From NCBI GenBank assembly GCA_038883855.1, contig JAVZLH010000004.1, positions 1 through 64,000 on the forward strand: 64,000 nt of DNA. Direction: 5' to 3'. This DNA is from Candidatus Bathyarchaeia archaeon (lineage in GTDB: Archaea > Thermoproteota > Bathyarchaeia > Bathyarchaeales > Bathycorpusculaceae). Shown here in pieces: positions 19,829 to 27,469 of the stretch. The notes beneath the pieces were generated by a model. That model was not told where the DNA came from, did not search any database, and worked only from the letters and a program-made list of their open reading frames with translations. Position numbers and translations under genes: made by a program. Every line of letters begins with the position of its first letter. The stretch's first letter is position 1.

Positions 19829-20859
19829 GTGAATATAGGATTGCTGTAATCCCCGGAGATGGAATAGGACCGGAAATAACAGATGCTACAATAAAGGTTT
19901 TAAATGCTGTGCGAGATGTTTTTCCCATCAAACTTGATTACGTGTTCCTCGAAGCTGGGGACGCGTGTTTCCGGAAAAGAGGAGTTGCGCTTCCAGAGGA
20001 AACGGTTGAAGCCATAAAAAATTCTCATGTTTGCTTGAAGGGGCCGGTAGGCGAAACAGCTGCGGATGTTGTTGTTAAGCTTAGGATGATGTTTGACCTT
20101 TACGCGAATATTCGCCCAATAAAGTCTTATGTTGGGGTTCCATGCTTGAGAGATGATATAGACTTGGTTTTTGTTAGAGAAAACACTGAAGACTTGTATA
20201 AGGGGTTCGAGTTCATGCTCAACGAAGATGTGGCTATAGGATTGAGAGTCATATCCAGAAAAGGATGTGCAAGGATAGCTATAAAAGCCTTCAGCACAGC
20301 CCGCTTAAGAAACAAAAAGCGAAAAGTCACAGCCATCCACAAAGCTAATGTGATGAAGAAAACTTGTGGTTTATTTGCAGAAGTATGCAGAGAAGTGGCA
20401 AAGGAATATCCAGAAATCACGTTTGAGGAACAATATGTTGACGCTGCATCTATGAGGCTGATTAAAGAACCGCAAAACTATGATGTTATAGTTACGACAA
20501 ATATGTTCGGCGACATCCTTTCAGATGAAGCAGCTCAACTTATAGGCGGGTTAGGCATGGCTCCAGGTGGGAATATAGGTGATAACTTTGCAATGTTTGA
20601 GCCAATACATGGGTCAGCTCCAACACGCACAGGAAAACATACGGCTAATCCATGCTCAATGATTTTGGCTTCAAAAATGATGCTTGAATGGCTAGGCGAA
20701 AAATACGGAGACAAAAACTGTTTGGAAGCAGCTAAAGCAATTGAAATTGGCGTTTCAGAGGCGCTGCGAAAAGGACTGTCGATTCCAGACTTTGGAGGCT
20801 CATTAACTACTTTAGAAATGAGTGAGGCTATAGCAAACGAAATAAAGAAAATGAAGTAG
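19825..20859 (+). CDS. leuB: 3-isopropylmalate dehydrogenase
   Basis: PGDGIGPE, RENTEDLY, HKANV, NMFGDILSD, EPIHGSAP; operon context. Confidence 0.9.
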   Translation: MSEYRIAVIPGDGIGPEITDATIKVLNAVRDVFPIKLDYVFLEAGDACFRKRGVALPEETVEAIKNSHVCLKGPVGETAADVVVKLRMMFDLYANIRPIKSYVGVPCLRDDIDLVFVRENTEDLYKGFEFMLNEDVAIGLRVISRKGCARIAIKAFSTARLRNKKRKVTAIHKANVMKKTCGLFAEVCREVAKEYPEITFEEQYVDAASMRLIKEPQNYDVIVTTNMFGDILSDEAAQLIGGLGMAPGGNIGDNFAMFEPIHGSAPTRTGKHTANPCSMILASKMMLEWLGEKYGDKNCLEAAKAIEIGVSEALRKGLSIPDFGGSLTTLEMSEAIANEIKKMK

Positions 20860-20871
20860 GAGGAATAGAAG

Positions 20872-22365
20872 TTGGAATATGTGAGAATTTTTGACACCAC
20901 TTTAAGAGATGGAGAACAAACTCCAGGGGTTTCCTTCACGCCCGAAGAAAAAATGGAGATAGCACTGCAACTTGACAGGCTTGGCGTCGATGTTATTGAA
21001 GTAGGTTTTCCATCTGCTTCAGAAGGTGAGTTAAACGCTGTAAAGAAGTTGGCGAAGGCTGGCTTAAACGCAGAAATCTGCGCCCTTGCGCGTATCGTAA
21101 AAAGCGATATAGACGCAGCAATGGCATGTGAAGTTGACTCTATACATGTGTTTGCTCCAACATCAAACGTTCAAATCAAATATGTTCTAGACAAGACTCC
21201 TGAACAGGTTCTGAAGGAAATCGAAGAATCTGTTAGGTACGTTAAGGCCCATGGTTTTATCTGCGAATTTTCCCCCATGGACGCAACTCGCACAGAACCC
21301 GAGTACCTCAAAAAAGTATGTGTGACTGCTCAGAACGCTGGAGTTGACAGAATAAACGTGCCTGATACTGTTGGAATCATGAGTCCGCCATCAATGAAGA
21401 AGTTTATAGAAGAGTTGAGGGAAGTTGTTAAAGTTCCGATAAGCGTCCACTGTCACAATGACTTTGGATTAGCAGTGGCAAATTCCCTTGCAGGAGTTGA
21501 TGGCGGAGCAACGCAGGTTCACGTCACGGTGAACGGCATAGGCGAAAGGGCTGGAAACGCCGCTCTGGAAGAGGTTGTGATGGCTCTCCACACGATATAC
21601 AAGAAAAAGACAAAAATCAACACGAAGTTACTTTATGAAACCTCACGGCTCGTCTCGCGGCTCACAGGAATTACACCTCAACCTAACAAAGCCATAGTAG
21701 GCGAAAACGCCTTCGCCCACGAGTCTGGAATCCACACCAAAGGAGTCACAATAAAACCAGAAACCTTTGAACCGATAAAACCCGAGTTGGTAGGTCGAAA
21801 AAGGAAAATTGTAGCCGGCAAGCTCGCCGGAAGACAAGGAATAAAAGCTGAACTTGCGTCGGCGGGAATTCATCCAACCGATGAACAATTGAAAGAAATC
21901 TTGAACCGCGTGAAAAGCCTAGGAGACAAAGGGAAAATTGTCACGGACACGGATCTTTTCGCCATCGCAAGATCTGTCATAGGAATGCCTGAAGAGAAAA
22001 TCGTCAACTTAACGGACTTCGCCGTCGTCACCGGAAGCGGGACCACTCCAATGGCTTCTGTTAAGTTGACAGTTGACGGGAAAGAATATATTGCTGCAGA
22101 AACAGGCGTTGGACCCGTGGACTCTGTGATTAAAGCTATACAAAAAATTGTAAGCGAGCTGGTTAATGTCAGATTGACGGAGTATAGGCTTGAAGCCTTA
22201 ACAGGCGGCTCTGACGCTATTGCCGAGGTAATAATAAAGGTTGAGGACAAGTACGGAGAAATAGTTTCAGCCAGGGGCGCGGGCGAGGACATAGTTAAGG
22301 CAAGCGTTGAGGCTATGATAAACGGAATAAACAAGTTGCTCAGCAAAAGGAGGAGCAAACGCTAA
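20872..22365 (+). CDS. leuA: 2-isopropylmalate synthase (archaeal type)
   Basis: FDTTLRDGEQ, HCHNDFG, GIGERAGN, allosteric domain; follows leuCDB. Assignment as leuA rather than cimA rests on context. Confidence 0.8.
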   Translation: MEYVRIFDTTLRDGEQTPGVSFTPEEKMEIALQLDRLGVDVIEVGFPSASEGELNAVKKLAKAGLNAEICALARIVKSDIDAAMACEVDSIHVFAPTSNVQIKYVLDKTPEQVLKEIEESVRYVKAHGFICEFSPMDATRTEPEYLKKVCVTAQNAGVDRINVPDTVGIMSPPSMKKFIEELREVVKVPISVHCHNDFGLAVANSLAGVDGGATQVHVTVNGIGERAGNAALEEVVMALHTIYKKKTKINTKLLYETSRLVSRLTGITPQPNKAIVGENAFAHESGIHTKGVTIKPETFEPIKPELVGRKRKIVAGKLAGRQGIKAELASAGIHPTDEQLKEILNRVKSLGDKGKIVTDTDLFAIARSVIGMPEEKIVNLTDFAVVTGSGTTPMASVKLTVDGKEYIAAETGVGPVDSVIKAIQKIVSELVNVRLTEYRLEALTGGSDAIAEVIIKVEDKYGEIVSARGAGEDIVKASVEAMINGINKLLSKRRSKR

Positions 22366-22440
22366 ATCTCTTCCCTCGTAAGTTCCTCTTCTACACGAAC
22401 CATCGTTAAAATATCATTTAAGGGAAATTAACCTAGAAAT

Positions 22441-22455
22441 CGCAAAATTTATATA
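22441..22455 (+). promoter_or_regulatory. BRE-TATA promoter of the thr leader/thrBC
   Basis: CGCAAAA-TTTATATA; predicts a transcription start around 22478-22482, just 5' of the leader ORF. Confidence 0.75.
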
Positions 22456-22477
22456 CAGGGTTGCTTGAGTCACTTTC

Positions 22478-22629
22478 CGAGTGGTTTGGCTTGAAAGTCG
22501 CTAGTCCCCTAACGCAAATAACAACTACAACAGGAACAGGATCTCGTTAGGGGACCAGACGAAGCCAAACTCGTTTGCTTGTTTGCGCTGTTTTGCTTTC
22601 GTCTGGTCTTTTGTGAGGTGAAATAAGAT
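22478..22629 (+). promoter_or_regulatory. Putative thr attenuator (alternative RNA stems)
   Basis: Perfect 11-bp stem 22504-22514/22545-22555 and 9-bp stem 22484-22492/22562-22570. A competing perfect 11-bp stem 22553-22563/22598-22608. Anti-SD 22597-22604 can pair with 22616-22623, which overlaps the SD. Confidence 0.8.
22491..22550 (+). CDS. Threonine-rich leader peptide MKVASPLTQITTTTGTGSR (thrL-like)
   Basis: TTG...TAG, 19 aa. Six Thr codons (four consecutive: ACA ACT ACA ACA) plus one Ile, directly upstream of thrBC. Confidence 0.85.
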   Translation: MKVASPLTQITTTTGTGSR

Positions 22630-23714
22630 TGAAGGCTGGCAATAAGTTTCGGCGTGCCGCCGCCAATTTCGGAGATAAGAGTCTAGTTCAAGGCAGTTGC
22701 TTCAATGATAAGCGTGAACTTTATCCGCTGCTGGTTCAGAAACAGAAAAGTTGCGAGAAAACTCTTGTCTTTAATCATGTTGAGGCAATTGCCCCAGCTT
22801 CTTCGGCGAATCTCGGCGCTGGGTTTGACGTTTTCGGCGTAGCATTGGATGCGTTATTCGACAAAGTTTCTGTTGATGTCATAAAAGGTGGCAGCGGCAT
22901 TAAAATTTCTGTTGAGGGAAAAGGCTCAGAGCTTATTCCAACCGAACCAAACAGAAACACTGCTGGGATAGTTGCTAAGGCTTTATTGAAATTCTCTAAC
23001 AAAAGTTGCGGTCTCGCCATAAACATTGAAAAGGGAATACGTGCTGGCAGTGGTTTAGGAAGTAGTGCAGCAAGCGCCGCAGCCGCTGCAATAGCCATAA
23101 ACGAAGCTTTACAATTAAACCTTCCAAAAAGTGAACTCATAAAGTTTGCAGCATTAGGCGAAGTGGCAGCCGCTGGCGTCCCGCACGCGGATAATGTTTC
23201 TCCATCTATTCTAGGATTTTTCACTTTAATAGCCTCAAACAACCCGTTTGATGTTGTACAACTGCCCATGCCCAAAAACGTCAAATTCGTTATAGTGACG
23301 CCAGATATAGTTCTGGAAACCTCTTTAGCGCGTTCAGTTCTTCCAAAGAAAGTAAACTTTTCAGATGCCATCAGCAACATTGCACATGCATCAGCATTTG
23401 TAACTGGCATCATGACAAACAACATAGCTTTAATGGGAAAAAGCATGAACGATTCGCTCGCTGAACCATACAGAGCAAAATTAATCCCAGGCTTAATGGA
23501 AGTTAAAAAGAACGCCTTGGAAGCAGGCGCAGAGGGAATCGCAATAAGCGGGTCAGGACCCTCTATTTTGGCGTTAGTAGACTCATCGAAAAAAGTTGAG
23601 GACAAGGTTATGAAGGCAATGAAAGAAGTTTTTGAAAAACATGGAATAGGAAGTGAAGCTGTGATTGCGAAGCCCGGTCATGGAGGGAAAGTTGTTAGGA
23701 GAGAAGAGGCTTGA
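22629..23714 (+). CDS. thrB: Homoserine kinase (GHMP) with N-terminal extension
   Basis: APASSANLGAGFD, GSGLGSSAAS, HADNV, ISGSGPS; SD GAGGTGA at 22615-22621. Confidence 0.95.
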   Translation: MKAGNKFRRAAANFGDKSLVQGSCFNDKRELYPLLVQKQKSCEKTLVFNHVEAIAPASSANLGAGFDVFGVALDALFDKVSVDVIKGGSGIKISVEGKGSELIPTEPNRNTAGIVAKALLKFSNKSCGLAINIEKGIRAGSGLGSSAASAAAAAIAINEALQLNLPKSELIKFAALGEVAAAGVPHADNVSPSILGFFTLIASNNPFDVVQLPMPKNVKFVIVTPDIVLETSLARSVLPKKVNFSDAISNIAHASAFVTGIMTNNIALMGKSMNDSLAEPYRAKLIPGLMEVKKNALEAGAEGIAISGSGPSILALVDSSKKVEDKVMKAMKEVFEKHGIGSEAVIAKPGHGGKVVRREEA

Positions 23715-24934
23715 TTTCTTTAAGGTGTATAAGTTGCGGAGCAGAATACTCCATCAATGACACAGTTTACACTTGTAGAAAATGCGGCGACTTACTTGAA
23801 GTAAAGTTCGATTTAAAAGAGTTGAAGGAAAAGCTAGACGAGGCGGATTGGAGGCAGAGGCGAATATGTGTTTGGAAATATAGGGAGTTTCTTCCAGTTC
23901 TTGACGAATCTAAAATTGTAACTTTGCATGAAGGCGGTACGCCGCTTTACAAATGCGATAAGCTTGGCAAGAAACTTGGAGTTAAGAGCTTATATGTGAA
24001 GAATGAGGGAGCGAACCCAACTGGTTCTTTTAAAGATAGGGGAATGACCGTTGGCGTTTCTAAAGCGTTGGAGCTTAAGGCAATGGCGGTTGTTTGCGCT
24101 TCAACTGGCAACACTTCGGCTTCATTGGCTGCTTACGCAGCTAAGGCTGGCTTAAACTGTGTAGTGCTTATTCCCTCTGGAAAAATAGCTCTTGGAAAAC
24201 TTGCGCAGGCAATGATGTATGGGGCTAGTGTGGTGGCGGTTAAAGGCAACTTTGACGACGCCCTCCAAATAGTTTTGGAAGCAAGCAAAAATCTCGGCCT
24301 ATACTTATTGAACTCTATAAACCCGTTTAGGATAGAGGGACAGAAAACCTCAGCCTTCGAAATCTGCGACCAGTTAGGATGGCGCTCTCCAGACAGGGTA
24401 ATTTTGCCAGTTGGAAACGCTGGAAACATAACAGCTTACTGGAAAGGATTCAAAGAGCTAAGAAATTTAGGAATTATTGAGGAACTGCCTAAAATGACGG
24501 GTATACAGGCGGTTGGAGCCAACCCAATCGCAAAAGCCTTCGCAACAAAAAGCAGCCAAATAGAGCCCGTTAAAAACCCAGAAACAATAGCCACGGCAAT
24601 CCGCATAGGCAACCCAGTAAACTGGAAAAGGGCGCTGAACGCTATGCGAGAATCTGGTGGAACAGCCATAGCAGTCACAGACGACGAAATAGTTTATGCA
24701 CAAAAACTCTTGGCGAGAACGGAGGGAATCTTTGTTGAACCCGCCAGCGCAGCAAGCATAGCTGGACTAAAAAAGCTAGTTGAAAACAAAGAAGTTGACT
24801 CAAACGAAACCATTGTATGTGTAACCACTGGCCATGGACTGAAAGACCCAGAAGCTGCCATAAAAGCTTGCGAAAAGGTTGTTGAAATCAAGCCAAACCT
24901 AGAAGCATTGAAAAAGGCATTAAACCTTAATTGA
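23711..24934 (+). CDS. thrC: Threonine synthase
   Basis: N-terminal CxxC...CxxC, NPTGSFKDRG PLP Lys, ASTGNTS, PVGNAGN, TGHGLKDP. Confidence 0.97.
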   Translation: MISLRCISCGAEYSINDTVYTCRKCGDLLEVKFDLKELKEKLDEADWRQRRICVWKYREFLPVLDESKIVTLHEGGTPLYKCDKLGKKLGVKSLYVKNEGANPTGSFKDRGMTVGVSKALELKAMAVVCASTGNTSASLAAYAAKAGLNCVVLIPSGKIALGKLAQAMMYGASVVAVKGNFDDALQIVLEASKNLGLYLLNSINPFRIEGQKTSAFEICDQLGWRSPDRVILPVGNAGNITAYWKGFKELRNLGIIEELPKMTGIQAVGANPIAKAFATKSSQIEPVKNPETIATAIRIGNPVNWKRALNAMRESGGTAIAVTDDEIVYAQKLLARTEGIFVEPASAASIAGLKKLVENKEVDSNETIVCVTTGHGLKDPEAAIKACEKVVEIKPNLEALKKALNLN

Positions 24935-24947
24935 CCGGAGGCTTTGG

Positions 24948-25814
24948 CTACTCACCCTTTTCCATCACTTCCAAAATGGCGTACATTTTCTCGTACATTG
25001 CAGCCAAATCTAAAGTTTTGGATAAACCCTTGTTTATCTCATTGTAAAAATTCTGGAAGGCTTCCGTGTCGCCGCTCTCTATCAACTTCCTTATCTTTTC
25101 CGCATTTAAAACAAACCTTCTCAGATACTCTGGAGAGTATTTGTTCGCCATATGTAACGAAGCGTGAAGCTCCGAGTCATGCATCATTATCGCTCCTATA
25201 AGAACTTGCTGAAGCGTAAATGTTGTACCGCTCAACTTTTCCAGAGTTTTAAAATCCTCGTCTTTAATTGCTGAGGCGAAGGCCATGTTCACAAAATACT
25301 GAAGAGAAAGTGTTACCGCCATTGCCCTATCATGTTTTTCAGCGTCAACCACAACAATTTCGGCGTCAGGGAAAAATCGTTTAGCAACAGCCAGTTCGCT
25401 TTCAGGGTTTAAAACTGGCACTAAAACAAATTTTTTCTTCGCTTTCTGCATTGGACCAAAAAGAGGATGCAAAGAAAGTGGCTGAACACCAGATTTAGAG
25501 CTTTCCCTTAAAACATCAATTATCCCAGACTTCACAGAAGCAATTTCAGAAACTATAGACCCTTGTTTCAATTTAGGTGTTATTTCCCGCAATACTTCAG
25601 CTGTTTTGCCTATTGGAACAGACACAAGCGTTAGGTCAGCGTCTTCAACAGCTTCCTGATTGTTCCTTGCAACTTTTGCACCGTAATTTTTCGCAAGTGC
25701 TCTCAATTTTTCTTGGTTTATACCAGAAATCGTTAACGGATATCCTTTCTCAGCGAAGTATTGGGTAAACCATTTACCCATCCGTCCTGCCGCGCCTAAA
25801 ATAGCGATCTTCAT
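24948..25814 (-). CDS. tyrA: Prephenate/arogenate dehydrogenase
   Basis: GAAGRMG, SVPI, IASVK, HPLFGP, HDRAMA. Confidence 0.93.
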   Translation of the reverse strand: MKIAILGAAGRMGKWFTQYFAEKGYPLTISGINQEKLRALAKNYGAKVARNNQEAVEDADLTLVSVPIGKTAEVLREITPKLKQGSIVSEIASVKSGIIDVLRESSKSGVQPLSLHPLFGPMQKAKKKFVLVPVLNPESELAVAKRFFPDAEIVVVDAEKHDRAMAVTLSLQYFVNMAFASAIKDEDFKTLEKLSGTTFTLQQVLIGAIMMHDSELHASLHMANKYSPEYLRRFVLNAEKIRKLIESGDTEAFQNFYNEINKGLSKTLDLAAMYEKMYAILEVMEKGE

Positions 25815-27208
25815 TTTAGTAAATCCCCCATCTTTTCAACAGCTTCAAGAAGCACATTTTTAGGTTGACATGCAGTTATCCTAAAGAAATGTTTGTATTC
25901 CTCGCCGAACGCCGTGCCAGGCGTGACGCAAACACTCTTTTCCGTCATAAGTCTCTTAACAAAAGTTTGCGTGTCTATGTTTTCGTTGCGCAGTTTCGGA
26001 AAAACGTAGAAGCCGCCGTCTGGTTTGTGGTAGGAGACAGGTATCTTATCTAAGGCGTCGCAGAGAAAGTCCATTCTCGCCCTGACTGTTTTTGCGTATT
26101 TTTTGGCTTCTTCACGGCAGTCTAAGGCTTTTATTGCTGCGTACTGAACAAACTCTGGGACGCTTGTAAGGCATAAATTCTGAATTTTCACCATCTTTTT
26201 AATGGTTTCCGTATCCGAAATAGCATAGCCCACTCTAAAACCCGTCATGCCGAACGTTTTGGAAAACGAGTTGACAAAGACGAATTTACATCCTGGAAAC
26301 TCCAGTATGCTTTTAAACGGTTTAAAAGCGAAGTTAGAGTAGACTTCATCGCTCATAATGTATATGCCTTTATCGTTGGCTATCTCAACGATCTGTTTTA
26401 AAACATCGCCACTAATAATTTTTCCAGTTGGATTGTTAGGATTATTCAAAATTATCAGTTTTGTTAGCCTATTTACATTTTCAGCTAAAGCATCCAAATC
26501 CGGTTCCCAATTGTTTTCCAGTTCAGCCGGAATCTTCACAGCCTTTGCTTGAACAGCTCTTATACAATCTTTATAGGCTGGCCATGCAGGCTCAAAAACT
26601 ATGGCTTCGTCGCCTGGAGACAATATGGACGCTATGCCGAGATAAACCGCGTATCGTCCACCGGAAGTTACAATTACTTGTTCAGACGAGACATTTGCAT
26701 GATAAAGTTCGTTGTTGACTGAAGCGATTTTCTCTCTAAGTTGAAGAATTCCCGCGCTTTCGGTGTAGTGGGCGTAGCCGCTTTTTAAAGCTTCTGTTAC
26801 AGCTTCTTTTACGCTTTCTGGAGGCCCAAAGTCTGGTTCTCCAACGTCTAAGCGGATTAGCCGTTTACCAGTTCTCTCAAGTTTTTTGGCTTCAGCAAAC
26901 ACCTCGTAAGGCGTGGAGAAACCCGTTTTTCCCTCTGATTTTTGGATTATGTCCTTTTGGATGTTTTTTGACTCTTCAATTAAAAGGTTCAGCAGCCTCA
27001 ATCCAAAATCCAAATCAACACCGTAAGCCTCGCATTTCTTGGAAATAATTTCTTTGAGCTTTCTCTCAGCGTTAACATCTTCCACTGGCAAGCCCTTTTT
27101 TATTTTAAATTCAACCACTTTTTTGGCTAGAGCGAAACGTTTTCCAACTAACTGGAATATCTCAGCCGTAACTTCCTCTATTTCTTTACGTAAATTGTCT
27201 ATATCCAT
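25811..27208 (-). CDS. Chorismate mutase (AroQ)-class I aminotransferase fusion
   Basis: The first ~90 aa are AroQ-like (LRKEI...KR...K...D..E...SKNIQ). They are followed by VGEPDF, NNPNNPTG, SDEVY and SFSKTFGMTGFRVG. Confidence 0.88.
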   Translation of the reverse strand: MDIDNLRKEIEEVTAEIFQLVGKRFALAKKVVEFKIKKGLPVEDVNAERKLKEIISKKCEAYGVDLDFGLRLLNLLIEESKNIQKDIIQKSEGKTGFSTPYEVFAEAKKLERTGKRLIRLDVGEPDFGPPESVKEAVTEALKSGYAHYTESAGILQLREKIASVNNELYHANVSSEQVIVTSGGRYAVYLGIASILSPGDEAIVFEPAWPAYKDCIRAVQAKAVKIPAELENNWEPDLDALAENVNRLTKLIILNNPNNPTGKIISGDVLKQIVEIANDKGIYIMSDEVYSNFAFKPFKSILEFPGCKFVFVNSFSKTFGMTGFRVGYAISDTETIKKMVKIQNLCLTSVPEFVQYAAIKALDCREEAKKYAKTVRARMDFLCDALDKIPVSYHKPDGGFYVFPKLRNENIDTQTFVKRLMTEKSVCVTPGTAFGEEYKHFFRITACQPKNVLLEAVEKMGDLLK

Positions 27209-27295
27209 CTTAATCTTAAAATTTAGACTCCATCGTTCTATTATTCTTTTCCAAAGTTATTAGGGTTGATTTCGGACATGGGGTGGATTTAGAAA

Positions 27296-27317
27296 CCAAA
27301 AAGTATAAATTTTAAAA
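27296..27317 (+). promoter_or_regulatory. BRE-TATA promoter of the aromatic leader operon
   Basis: CCAAAAAG-TATAAAT (alternative TTTTAAAA at 27310-27317); predicts a start around 27331-27342. Confidence 0.65.
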
Positions 27318-27331
27318 AGTTGTTCTAAGTA

Positions 27332-27469
27332 CGGTTATTTCAATGGATAATCCAGTAGCCACAAGAACTACATATTTTGGATATTTTAGTGGCTATTGGG
27401 CATTTGGTTATTAGGAGAAGCCGCGAACACTTTCAGGTTCTTGGTTTCTCCGTTTGGGGGGTTTGTGTG
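27332..27469 (+). promoter_or_regulatory. Putative aromatic attenuator (alternative RNA stems)
   Basis: Stem 27352-27362/27389-27399, plus 5' segment 27332-27341 pairing with 27415-27423. A competing hairpin 27414-27428/27437-27451 has a 3' arm TTCTCC next to the G-rich SD 27456-27461. Confidence 0.75.
27343..27414 (+). CDS. Aromatic-rich leader peptide MDNPVATRTTYFGYFSGYWAFGY
   Basis: ATG...TAG, 23 aa. Eight of the last 13 codons are Tyr (4), Phe (3) or Trp (1). It lies directly upstream of the aspartokinase-aro operon. Confidence 0.88.
   Translation: MDNPVATRTTYFGYFSGYWAFGY

Noticed and set aside
22553-22612. Stem B plus TTTT as a simple bacterial-type intrinsic terminator
   Set aside because: It has a large loop and only four Ts. 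The geometry predicts it forms when the ribosome stalls, which would invert the expected logic. It was kept as a probable anti-sequestering stem, although a terminator role is not excluded.
27377-27466. ORF-track N-terminal extension of the second aspartokinase
   Set aside because: It overlaps the leader peptide and hairpin, is not aspartokinase-like and lacks an SD. GTG 27467 has a G-rich SD.
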